A DNA stretch of 26,496 nt, taken from contig JBDKRC010000006.1 in the NCBI GenBank assembly GCA_039683575.1, positions 1 to 26,496 on the forward strand. Direction: 5' to 3'. The position numbers and the translations under genes were made by a program. Source of the DNA: Armatimonadia bacterium. GTDB lineage: Bacteria; Armatimonadota; Zipacnadia; Zipacnadales; UBA11051. The stretch's first letter is position 1. Each line of letters starts with the position of its first letter. The notes under the pieces were generated by a model. It made no database searches. It worked only from the letters and a program-made list of their open reading frames with translations, and was not told where the DNA came from. Shown here piece by piece: positions 16,457 through 24,385 of the stretch.

Positions 16457-17563
16457 ATGGCGCAAGTTAGACTGGTCAATCTGACCAAGCGATTCCCTGG
16501 CGTGATTGCTGTCAACAGTGTCAACCTGGACATCCAGGACAAAGAGTTCCTCGTCCTCGTCGGCCCCTCCGGGTGCGGCAAGACCACCTGTCTGCGCATG
16601 ATCGCCGGCCTCGAAGAGTCCTCCGACGGTGAGATCTGGATCGGCGACCGCCTGGTCAACGACGTCTCGCCCAAGGACCGCGACATTGCCATGGTCTTCC
16701 AGAACTACGCCCTCTACCCGCACATGAGCGTGTACGAGAACATGGCGTTCGGCCTCAAGCTCCGCAAAGTGCCCCGGGAAGACATCGCCAAGCGCGTGGC
16801 CGAGGCTGCCGACATGCTCGGCATCCAGGGCCTGCTCAAGCGCCGCCCCAAGGAACTCTCTGGCGGCCAGCGCCAGCGCGTCGCTGTAGGCCGCGCCATC
16901 GTCCGCGAGCCCGCCGTCTTCCTCATGGACGAGCCGCTGTCCAACCTCGATGCCAAGCTCCGGATCCAGACCCGCGCCGAGCTCATCAAGCTCCATCGCC
17001 GTCTGGGCATCACCACCGTCTATGTCACCCACGACCAGGTCGAAGCCATGACCATGGGCGACCGCATCGTGGTCATGAAAGACGGTCTCGTGCAGCAGTG
17101 CGACACGCCGCTGCAGATCTACCGCTTCCCCGCCAACCGCTTCGTCGCCGGCTTCATCGGCAGCCCGCCCATGAACTTCGTCAATGCCTCCGTCGAGTCC
17201 GAAGGCGGCAAGACCTACATCAAGGCCAACGGCTTCCGCACCAAGGTCGATGACGAGCGCGCCGCTAAGCTCGCGGGTTACGTCGGCAAGGAAGTCATCT
17301 TCGGCATCCGCCCCAGCGATATCTTCGACAAGGCCCTGTCACCCAGCGTCACCCCGTCGCCCGACAACCTCGTCACCGTCGAAGTCGAAGTCATCGAGCC
17401 CATGGGCGCTGAGTGTGTGCTCTACGTCAAGTCCGGCGAAGATGACATGGTCATCAACGTCGACAGCGCGACTGTCGCCAAAGAGCGCGAGAACCTGGAA
17501 GTCGTCTTCGACATGGCTAAGAGCCACGTCTTCGACAAAGAGACCGAGATCACGATCATCTAG
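16457..17563 (+). CDS. Carbohydrate ABC transporter ATPase (MalK/UgpC/MsmX family)
   Basis: GPSGCGKTT, VFQNYALYPHM, LSGGQRQR, MDEPLSNLDAKLR, THDQVEAMTM, GFIGSPPMN, C-terminal TOBE-like region. Confidence 0.95.
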   Translation: MAQVRLVNLTKRFPGVIAVNSVNLDIQDKEFLVLVGPSGCGKTTCLRMIAGLEESSDGEIWIGDRLVNDVSPKDRDIAMVFQNYALYPHMSVYENMAFGLKLRKVPREDIAKRVAEAADMLGIQGLLKRRPKELSGGQRQRVAVGRAIVREPAVFLMDEPLSNLDAKLRIQTRAELIKLHRRLGITTVYVTHDQVEAMTMGDRIVVMKDGLVQQCDTPLQIYRFPANRFVAGFIGSPPMNFVNASVESEGGKTYIKANGFRTKVDDERAAKLAGYVGKEVIFGIRPSDIFDKALSPSVTPSPDNLVTVEVEVIEPMGAECVLYVKSGEDDMVINVDSATVAKERENLEVVFDMAKSHVFDKETEITII

Positions 17564-17617
17564 TCCCCGGCCTCAAACCAGGTCCCGGCCTCAAACCGGG
17601 TCATGGCCTCAAACCAG
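17563..17617 (+). repeat. Three 18-bp tandem repeats directly after the stop codon
   Basis: Core GGCCTCAAACC at 17569, 17587 and 17605, followed by the degenerate REP GTGGCGCCGGCGGCTCGCCCGCG. Confidence 0.85.
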
Positions 17618-17707
17618 TGGCGCCGGCGGCTCGCCCGCGGTCGCTACCCAGAGGAGAGGCACTGACCCCGACCTTGGTCGCCCCATCTTCACAACTGTGC
17701 TATACTG

Positions 17708-17740
17708 AAAGCCTTCGCGCCCAAAGCGCGGAGGCTTTTT
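17708..17740 (+). terminator. Intrinsic terminator
   Basis: AAAGCCTTCGCGC-CCAAA-GCGCGGAGGCTTTTT. Confidence 0.8.
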
Positions 17741-17803
17741 GGCAGGTGCGGACGTCTACTATGAACAGACTCTGCTGTTCTCGTAGTTGCGTGGAGGAAT
17801 GAT

Positions 17804-18673
17804 TTGGCTCGTCACGACCACGATGCAACCTTCTGGGATCACCTCGAGGTTTTCCGCGGTGTCCTGATTCGCTCTGTAATCTACATCGCCGCCGGTGCCA
17901 CCGCTGGCTGGATGTACCGCCAGCGCATTTTCGAGATTCTTCGCTACCCTGCCGAGGAAGCCGTCCGGCGCGCCGGCATCCACGACTTTGCCTTCCGCAT
18001 CTTCGACCCGGCCGGTGGCATCGTCCTCATGATGCAAGCCTCGCTGCTCCTGGGCGTGCTGCTTTCCGCCCCCTTGTGGCTCACCGAACTCGCCTTCTTC
18101 ATCGCCCCCGGCCTCAAGCCCGGTGAACGCCGCCTCGTCTTCGCACTCCTGCCGCTGGCCATAGTCCTCTTCCTAAGCGGCGCTGGCTTCTGCTATTACA
18201 TCTCGCCCACCGTCTTTGGCTTCCTCTTCACCTTCACCCTCAGCCTCGGCGTCACCCCCGAGGTCACCCTTGTCTCCTACTTGTACTTCCTCATGCGCCT
18301 CGTCCTGGTTTTCGGCCTCGTCTTCGAGATGCCCCTGGTCGTCATGCTGCTCGTGCAGTTCGGCGTGGTGAGCAGCCGCGCCCTCCTGCGCGCCTGGCGC
18401 ATCGCTGTCGTCATCATCTTCATCTTCGCCGCCGTCGCCACGCCCACTACCGACCCCTTCACCATGCTCACCATGGCCCTGCCCATGACCCTCCTGTACT
18501 TCCTCAGCATCGGCCTTGGCAGGCTCGTGGAGCGCCGCAAAATCGCCCACGCCTTCGATGAAGAGGACCCCTACGGCCTCCACACCGAACCTGACGATGG
18601 CCTGCCAGAACTCCCTTCCGGCCAACCGCCGGAGGACAGCGGCACCGCGCCGGCTGAGACCAATGAACCCTGA
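17804..18673 (+). CDS. tatC: Twin-arginine translocase subunit TatC
   Basis: FWDHLEVFR, FIAPGLKPGERR, FGLVFEMP, AAVATPTTDP; about six TM segments; TTG start after GGAGG. Confidence 0.92.
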   Translation: MARHDHDATFWDHLEVFRGVLIRSVIYIAAGATAGWMYRQRIFEILRYPAEEAVRRAGIHDFAFRIFDPAGGIVLMMQASLLLGVLLSAPLWLTELAFFIAPGLKPGERRLVFALLPLAIVLFLSGAGFCYYISPTVFGFLFTFTLSLGVTPEVTLVSYLYFLMRLVLVFGLVFEMPLVVMLLVQFGVVSSRALLRAWRIAVVIIFIFAAVATPTTDPFTMLTMALPMTLLYFLSIGLGRLVERRKIAHAFDEEDPYGLHTEPDDGLPELPSGQPPEDSGTAPAETNEP

Positions 18674-21143
18674 CCGCCTGCTGGGGGAAATCCGCTCCCG
18701 TAAGGACTACGCCGGGCAGATCCTTCACGTCCGCGAAAGCCCCGCCCGCGCGGCGACTTTCGCCGACACCCCGCCCGAACTTCGGGACACCGTCCGCGCC
18801 CTCCTCGACCGCCTCGGCATCAGCCGCCTCTACAGCCACCAGGCCGAGGCCGTGGCCGCCGTCCTGGCCGGTGACCACGTCTGCACAGTCTCCGGCACCG
18901 CCAGCGGTAAAACCCTCACCTACCTCCTGCCTATCGTCAACGCCCTGCACGAGCGCGGTACCAGCCGGGCGCTGCTCATGTACCCCACCAAGGCCCTCGC
19001 CCAGGACCAGTTGCGCAAGCTAACTGACTTCGGCGCGGGCACCCTCCGCCAGGAGAGCACAGCCGACGAAGGCCTCGCCTTCACCGCCGAGACGTATGAC
19101 GGAGATACGCCCTCCTATCGCCGTCGCCTCATCAAGCGCGACGCCCAGGTCGTCCTGACCAACCCCGACATGTTGCACGTCGGCATCCTGCCCTACCATC
19201 ACACCTGGTCCGAGTTCTTCCGCAACCTCAAGTACGTCGTCCTCGACGAGGTTCACACCTACCGCGGCATCTTCGGCTCCCACACCGCCAACGTCATCCG
19301 CCGCCTGCGCCGCGTCGCTGCCCACTATGGCGCGGATCCCAAGTTCATCTGCTGCTCGGCCACCATCGGCAACCCCGACGAACTCGCCGCCCGCCTCACC
19401 GGGCTCCCCATGCGCGTAGTACGCGACGATGGCGCCCCGCGCGGCCGCAAGCTCATTGTCTTCTGGAACCCGCCAGTCGTCGAGAAGCTCACCGGGAAGC
19501 GCCGCAGTGGTAACCTCGAAGCCGCCGACCTCCTCGCCACCCTCGTCCGCCGCCAGATCCGCAATATCACCTTCACCCTCGCCCGCAGCCAGGCCGAGCT
19601 AATCCTGCGTTACGCCCGGGAGCATCTCGAAGAAGACCACCTTGACGACAAGATCATGGCCTACCGCGGCGGCTATCTCCCCGCCGAACGCCGCGAGATC
19701 GAGCGCCGCCTTTTCACTGGCGAACTCCTTGGAGTCGCGGCCACCACCGCCCTTGAGCTCGGCGTGGACATCGGCGGCCTTGAAGCCGTCATCATGGCCG
19801 GCTACCCCGGCACCATCTCCTCCGCCTGGCAGCAAATGGGCCGCGCCGGACGGGGCCAGGAGGACTCCCTGGCCGTCCTCGTGGGCCTAAGCGGCGCTCT
19901 GCACCAGTACGTCGTCAACAACCCTGAGTACCTGCTCGACGCCGCCAGCGAGCGCGCCGTCATCGATCCCGAGAACCCCTTCATCCTCGCCGCCCACCTG
20001 CTCTGTGCCGCCTACGAGCTACCCATCGACGACGACGAAGGCTCCCTCTTCGGCGACAAGACCCCCCAGGTCCTCGACATCCTCTCCGAGGGCGGCTACA
20101 TCGCCCGCCGCACCCGCTGGTACTGGCTAGACCCTGAGATCTACCCCGCCCGCGAGGTCAGCATCCGCTCCGCCTCCGGCACAGCGTATGACATCGTTAC
20201 CGAAAAGGGCGACCTCCTCGGCACCATGGACGGCTCGTCGGCCCAGCGCATGATCCACAAGGGTGCGATCTACCTCCACGGCGGCCAGACCTACCTCGTG
20301 CAGGAACTCGACCTCGAAACCAAAATCGCCCGCGTCAAACCCGCGGATGTCAACTACTACACCCAGCCACTGGTCAACTCCGAAGTCCGCCAGGTGGAGC
20401 CAGGCGAGAGGAAGCAGCTCTTCCCCGACCTCCCGCCGCCTGCACCCGCACCCGCAGAACCCGCGCCTTCCGAAGGTGAGCCGCCGGCCCCTGAGCCGCC
20501 TCAGGACGGTGTCCTCCTCGAGCTAGGGCCGGTAAGCGTCCGGACCCGCGTCGTAGGCTTCCAGAAGGTCCGCCAGACCAGCGAGAAGACCATCGGCAGC
20601 GAGGAACTCGACCTCCCGACCGAAGAGTACGAAACCATGGGCCTCTGGCTCCTCCCTTCTCTCTCTGCGCTTCAAGCAGCGCCCGCCTCCGAGGCCTCAG
20701 GCTGTAGGGCGGGGGCTCGTACCCCGCCGGCCGTTGTCACCGACCACTCAAGCGGCGTGGCACAAGCCCCCGCTCTGCAGCAAACAATCGACATCCCCGG
20801 CTCCCTCCACGCCATCGAGCACGTCCTCATCATGCTCCTCCCCCTCTTCGTGGCCTGCGACGCCCACGACGTCGGCGGCATCTCCACTGCCCTCCATCCC
20901 GACGTGGGTGGTCCCGCAATCTGCCTCTACGACGGCTATCCCGGCGGCGTCGGCCTCGCCGAGGCGGCCTTCGACCGCGTCCCCGAACTTATGGCCGCCG
21001 CGGCCCAGACCATCCGCAATTGCCTCTGCGAAGCCGGCTGTCCCGCCTGCGTCCAGCAATCCACCTGCGGCAGCATGAACCGCCCCCTCGACAAATGCGG
21101 CGCCCTCCTCCTGCTCGACAGTTGGCTCCAGCGCCTTGCATAG
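18663..21143 (+). CDS. DEAD/DEAH-box helicase with C-terminal DUF1998 (MrfA/YprA/SftH/Hrq1 family); carries an in-frame REPIN
   Basis: LYSHQ, TASGKT, PTKALAQDQ, TNPDMLH, DEVH, SAT, QQMGRAGR, LHAIEH, YDGYPGGVG, CLCEAGCPAC. Start placed at ATG 18663. Confidence 0.92.
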   Translation: MNPDRLLGEIRSRKDYAGQILHVRESPARAATFADTPPELRDTVRALLDRLGISRLYSHQAEAVAAVLAGDHVCTVSGTASGKTLTYLLPIVNALHERGTSRALLMYPTKALAQDQLRKLTDFGAGTLRQESTADEGLAFTAETYDGDTPSYRRRLIKRDAQVVLTNPDMLHVGILPYHHTWSEFFRNLKYVVLDEVHTYRGIFGSHTANVIRRLRRVAAHYGADPKFICCSATIGNPDELAARLTGLPMRVVRDDGAPRGRKLIVFWNPPVVEKLTGKRRSGNLEAADLLATLVRRQIRNITFTLARSQAELILRYAREHLEEDHLDDKIMAYRGGYLPAERREIERRLFTGELLGVAATTALELGVDIGGLEAVIMAGYPGTISSAWQQMGRAGRGQEDSLAVLVGLSGALHQYVVNNPEYLLDAASERAVIDPENPFILAAHLLCAAYELPIDDDEGSLFGDKTPQVLDILSEGGYIARRTRWYWLDPEIYPAREVSIRSASGTAYDIVTEKGDLLGTMDGSSAQRMIHKGAIYLHGGQTYLVQELDLETKIARVKPADVNYYTQPLVNSEVRQVEPGERKQLFPDLPPPAPAPAEPAPSEGEPPAPEPPQDGVLLELGPVSVRTRVVGFQKVRQTSEKTIGSEELDLPTEEYETMGLWLLPSLSALQAAPASEASGCRAGARTPPAVVTDHSSGVAQAPALQQTIDIPGSLHAIEHVLIMLLPLFVACDAHDVGGISTALHPDVGGPAICLYDGYPGGVGLAEAAFDRVPELMAAAAQTIRNCLCEAGCPACVQQSTCGSMNRPLDKCGALLLLDSWLQRLA
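20703..20779. repeat. 77-bp REPIN inside the helicase coding sequence
   Basis: Left arm identical to 5947-5972, same 25-nt spacer length; 64/77 nt identical to the rluD copy by manual alignment. Confidence 0.9.
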
Positions 21144-21367
21144 CACGGGCGTCTCCTCCCCCCTCTGCTGTAGGGCGGGGGCTCATACCCCGCCGGCCTA
21201 GCCCCCCTCCTGCTGTAGGGCGGGGCTTGGCGATGTCTGCATCGCAGCTCGTACCCCGCCGGCCGTTGTCACCGACCACTCAAGCGGCGTGGCACAAGCC
21301 CCCGCCCTACAGCAAACAATCGACATCCCCGGTCCCTCCTCCTCCTCGACAGTTGGCTCCAGCGCCT
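21140..21367 (+). repeat. REP cluster plus a rearranged duplicate of the helicase 3' end
   Basis: REP-B at 21170-21194; interrupted REPIN at 21215-21311. 21247-21332 matches 20715-20800 (84/86) and 21334-21367 matches 21103-21136 (33/34). Confidence 0.9.
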
Positions 21368-21451
21368 CTCCTGAATCCTTCCCCTCCCATATAAGCAGGT
21401 CCGCAACTCCCCCCATTTCGGCCAAAAACTCTCGCGCCCCCCTCTCGCCTT

Positions 21452-21486
21452 CCCTGACCTCTGCCCCCTGAGCCCTGACCCCTGCC
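21452..21486 (+). repeat. Five imperfect heptamer tandem repeats
   Basis: CCCTGAC CTCTGCC CCCTGAG CCCTGAC CCCTGCC. Confidence 0.7.
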
Positions 21487-21513
21487 TTTCCCGCATCATT
21501 TTCCCGCCATGGT

Positions 21514-21564
21514 TGTCCAAAATAGTACTTCCCCTTTTGGGCAGACTGGTTACAATGTTATAGT
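21514..21564 (+). promoter_or_regulatory. Candidate promoter and operator for the DUF1559 cluster
   Basis: Locally AT-rich; TACAAT at 21551-21556 and TGtTATAGT at 21556-21564; inverted repeat TGTCCAAAA-N12-TTTTGGGCA at 21514-21543. Confidence 0.4.
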
Positions 21565-21733
21565 CTACAGGAACCGTGTGCGTCCCCGACGCAACAAAGG
21601 CCGCAGCGGTAGTATTTCGCTGGATTGGAAGTTTCCGCTCTTTGAGCACAGGGTATCATCTCGGTTAACAACCTGCCGCGTTTATGCGGGCAGGCCAGCT
21701 GTGCGTCAGCAGTAACAGGAGGGCTACAAGCAC

Positions 21734-22444
21734 ATGCGACACACAAGACGGGCCGGCTTCACTCTCATCGAGTTGTTGGTCGTAATCGCGATCATCGCAA
21801 TCCTGGCCGCAATCCTCTTCCCGGTCTTTGCGAAGGCGCGTGGGAAGGCCCGACAATCCACCTGTCTTTCGAACATGCGGCAACTTGCCATGGCTATCAC
21901 CAGCTATGCCTCGGATCATGACGGCATGATCTATTGGGACATAACTCCGACCGCCGGGCAGGAAGCCAACCATCCCACCTGGGATGTTGTTGTCATGCCG
22001 TACATGAAGAACACCCAGATCTTGATCTGTCCGGACAACAAGTACAACAACGAGACCAATAACCTCGGCCAGACCGGCAAGAAGCGCGGCTATGCCCTGC
22101 CTCGCTATGTCAGCGGCCAGGACCAGGATGGACCGCCCGCTCCCACCAGCACTGTGTTGCTCATTGAGAAGGGCGCTTATCTTCCCGGAACCAAGTCCGA
22201 TGCTGCCGCCGAGTCACCCAAGCAGGCCGGCAAAAGCGAGGAATATCCTGCCTGTCCCTACCGTCATAATGGAGGAAACAACTTCGCGTTCCTCGACGGT
22301 CACGTCAAGTGGCAAAACGGTGGCTCCGGCCCCTTCACCAACAATGGTTCCGACCCGACTGGCTGCCCCGGCACCAAAGGCGGCGGCTGGCTCGACCACG
22401 AGAAGGGCCACATGGAGTTCGAGCAGGACTGGCCGCTCGAGTAA
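21734..22444 (+). CDS. DUF1559-family prepilin-type N-methylation protein with H-X9-DG motif (paralog 1)
   Basis: [60 protein letters not shown]. Confidence 0.92.
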   Translation: MRHTRRAGFTLIELLVVIAIIAILAAILFPVFAKARGKARQSTCLSNMRQLAMAITSYASDHDGMIYWDITPTAGQEANHPTWDVVVMPYMKNTQILICPDNKYNNETNNLGQTGKKRGYALPRYVSGQDQDGPPAPTSTVLLIEKGAYLPGTKSDAAAESPKQAGKSEEYPACPYRHNGGNNFAFLDGHVKWQNGGSGPFTNNGSDPTGCPGTKGGGWLDHEKGHMEFEQDWPLE

Positions 22445-22474
22445 CCTCCGAGGTATGCATCCAGGAGGCCATTC

Positions 22475-23206
22475 GTGACCAACCTCCGTTTCTCGAGTAA
22501 CAACGGGGGCCGGGTTTCTACCCGGCCCCTTTGCGTCTCCGGACGAGGCTTCACCCTCATCGAACTCCTCGTCGTGATCGCTATCATCGCCATCCTCGCC
22601 TCGATCCTCTTCCCGGTCTTTGCCCGTGCGCGCGGCAAGGCCCGCCAAACCGCCTGCCTCTCCAACCAGCGCCAGATCGGCGTCGCCATGAGCATGTACG
22701 CCGATGACTACGACGAGCAGCTTCCCCTTTGGAGCCTCATGGGCGGTGCCCCCGACGGCACCGGCAAGCTTACCTGGCTTCCGGACCCCTACACCTGGGA
22801 CACCGAACTCTACCCCTACATGCGCAACCGCCAGATCCTGAACTGCGCCGACAATCCCCACGGACGCGCCAACCGCGCCTATGCCATGCCCCGCTACGTC
22901 AGCGGCCAGGCCCTCGGCGCCCTCACTAACGTCACCGCCATCGTCCTGATCTTCGAAAAGGGCGCCTATGTCCCCGGTAGCTGGGAGGATGCCACGGGCG
23001 AGAACTTCCTCCAGTCCACCACGTCCACGAATGATGGGAAGATGTTCCACAACAACGGCAAGAACTTCCTGTTCGCCGATGGCCACGCCAAATGGCACGC
23101 CGCCACCTCCGGCCCCTTCGCCGAAAGCGACGGCCCCACCGGCATAGCCGGCCAGTGTGAGACCCCGGCCGAGCAACCAAACGGTGATTGGCCGGCCAGT
23201 CCTTAG
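22475..23206 (+). CDS. DUF1559-family prepilin-type protein with H-X9-DG motif (paralog 2)
   Basis: GTG after [29 protein letters not shown]. Confidence 0.92.
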   Translation: MTNLRFSSNNGGRVSTRPLCVSGRGFTLIELLVVIAIIAILASILFPVFARARGKARQTACLSNQRQIGVAMSMYADDYDEQLPLWSLMGGAPDGTGKLTWLPDPYTWDTELYPYMRNRQILNCADNPHGRANRAYAMPRYVSGQALGALTNVTAIVLIFEKGAYVPGSWEDATGENFLQSTTSTNDGKMFHNNGKNFLFADGHAKWHAATSGPFAESDGPTGIAGQCETPAEQPNGDWPASP

Positions 23207-23222
23207 GGAATACTATCCTCGC

Positions 23223-23258
23223 GTAGTGCGGGCGTCCGCAGGGCAGGACGTACGCCCG
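23223..23258 (+). repeat. REP-A with its loop replaced by an internal hairpin
   Basis: GTAGTGCGGGCGT-CCGCAGGGCAGGACGT-ACGCCCG. Confidence 0.7.
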
Positions 23259-23293
23259 ACATGCTTGTTGTGCCCCTGAAAGCAGGCCTCACC

Positions 23294-24031
23294 ATGAAGA
23301 CCAACCGTCAAGCCTTTACCCTCATCGAACTCCTCGTCGTGATCGCGATAATCGCCATCCTCGCTGCCGTCCTCCTCCCGGTCGTAACCAAGGCCCGTGA
23401 AAACGGCCGCCGCACCGCCTGCATGAGCAATCTCTCCCAGATCGGCCAGGCCATCGAAGTCTATGTGCAGGACTACGCTGGCTTCCTGCCCAGTTGGTCC
23501 ATCACGCATCCCACCCAGACCGCGCCGCCCGCCAACCCCAACACACCTTCGGCAGCCGTGCAGACCTGGGATACCAGCATCTCAGGCTACCTGAAGAACA
23601 CCCAGATCCTGATGTGTCCGTCAAACCCGAACACCGACGCCCGCCACGCCCGCGCCTACGCCATCGCCCAGTATACCCAGAACTTCCGCGCAGTCGGTTC
23701 GCCTGCCTATGGCCTCTACCGCGACAAAATCCCTGCGCCGACCAAAACCGTGCTGCTCTTCGAGAAGGGCGCCAACGCTCCCGGCTCCTGGGGCGATGCC
23801 CTCGGCCAGAACGTCAACCAGTCCCACAGTTCCGCCGGCCAAAACGGCTACAGCGACAAGCCCTTCCACTTCCAGGGCAAGAACATCCTGTTCCTGGACT
23901 ACCACGTGAAGTTCTTCCCCAAGGGCGCCGGCCCGTTCGCTGCCACGCCGACCCATGACGGCGCCGAAGCCGGTGACGTAGCCTGGCCCGCCCGCTACAC
24001 CGACGGCGGCGACTGGCCCGAAGAGGACTAA
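23294..24031 (+). CDS. DUF1559-family prepilin-type protein (paralog 3; H-X9-DY variant)
   Basis: [29 protein letters not shown]. Start placed at ATG 23294. Confidence 0.9.
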   Translation: MKTNRQAFTLIELLVVIAIIAILAAVLLPVVTKARENGRRTACMSNLSQIGQAIEVYVQDYAGFLPSWSITHPTQTAPPANPNTPSAAVQTWDTSISGYLKNTQILMCPSNPNTDARHARAYAIAQYTQNFRAVGSPAYGLYRDKIPAPTKTVLLFEKGANAPGSWGDALGQNVNQSHSSAGQNGYSDKPFHFQGKNILFLDYHVKFFPKGAGPFAATPTHDGAEAGDVAWPARYTDGGDWPEED

Positions 24032-24105
24032 CCCCGCCTCGGGTCCGCCCGCCTTCACTATCTATACTCTCATCGCAGCCATTCCTCCTCGTATGCCACC
24101 CAGCC

Positions 24106-24281
24106 GTACGAGCGGCTTCCAGCCGCGAGGGCAACGCCACTAGAGCAGGTCTTCCAGACCTGCGGGGCTGCTGAGCCGCCAAGCCAGATTGAACCGGCGA
24201 GAATGACCGTGTGGCCGCTGGCGGCACGGCTTGAAGCCGTGCCTGAGGTGGTGTCATCTCGCGGCTGGAAGCCGCCCCTAC
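24106..24281. repeat. 176-bp composite REPIN: inverted outer REPs enclosing two further palindromes
   Basis: GTACGAGCGGCTTCCAGCCGCGAG (24106-24129) and CTCGCGGCTGGAAGCCGCCCCTAC (24258-24281). Inner palindromes: GCAGGTC-TTCCA-GACCTGC (24145-24163) and GGCACGGCTT-G-AAGCCGTGCC (24223-24243). Confidence 0.85.
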
Positions 24282-24385
24282 GACTGAGGGCAATTTGCAG
24301 GGTCGGCGCAACTACTGAACTCGAATACCCCTCGCCTTCTCCGCCATTGCACGCGCCGCCCCGAGGGCGTAAACTGCAACGTACC

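Noticed and set aside
20424-20508. Pro-rich insert in the helicase as an intein or repeat-derived element
   Set aside because: Low-complexity linker with no palindrome, no intein terminal motifs and no second copy.
18663-21143. DISARM DrmAB or Druantia defence helicase
   Set aside because: A single fused helicase-DUF1998 in a housekeeping context with no methylase or other defence genes; fits the MrfA/SftH repair family.
21020-21471. Short ORFs over the helicase-end duplicate
   Set aside because: They derive from repeat and duplicated sequence, with no RBS or independent coding signal.
24203-24385. Extended N-termini from the ORF track (also 3269, 3640, 10743, 12073, 18516, 23261)
   Set aside because: The extensions run through REPs or upstream genes; family-like sequence and RBS or overlap logic point to the downstream starts.
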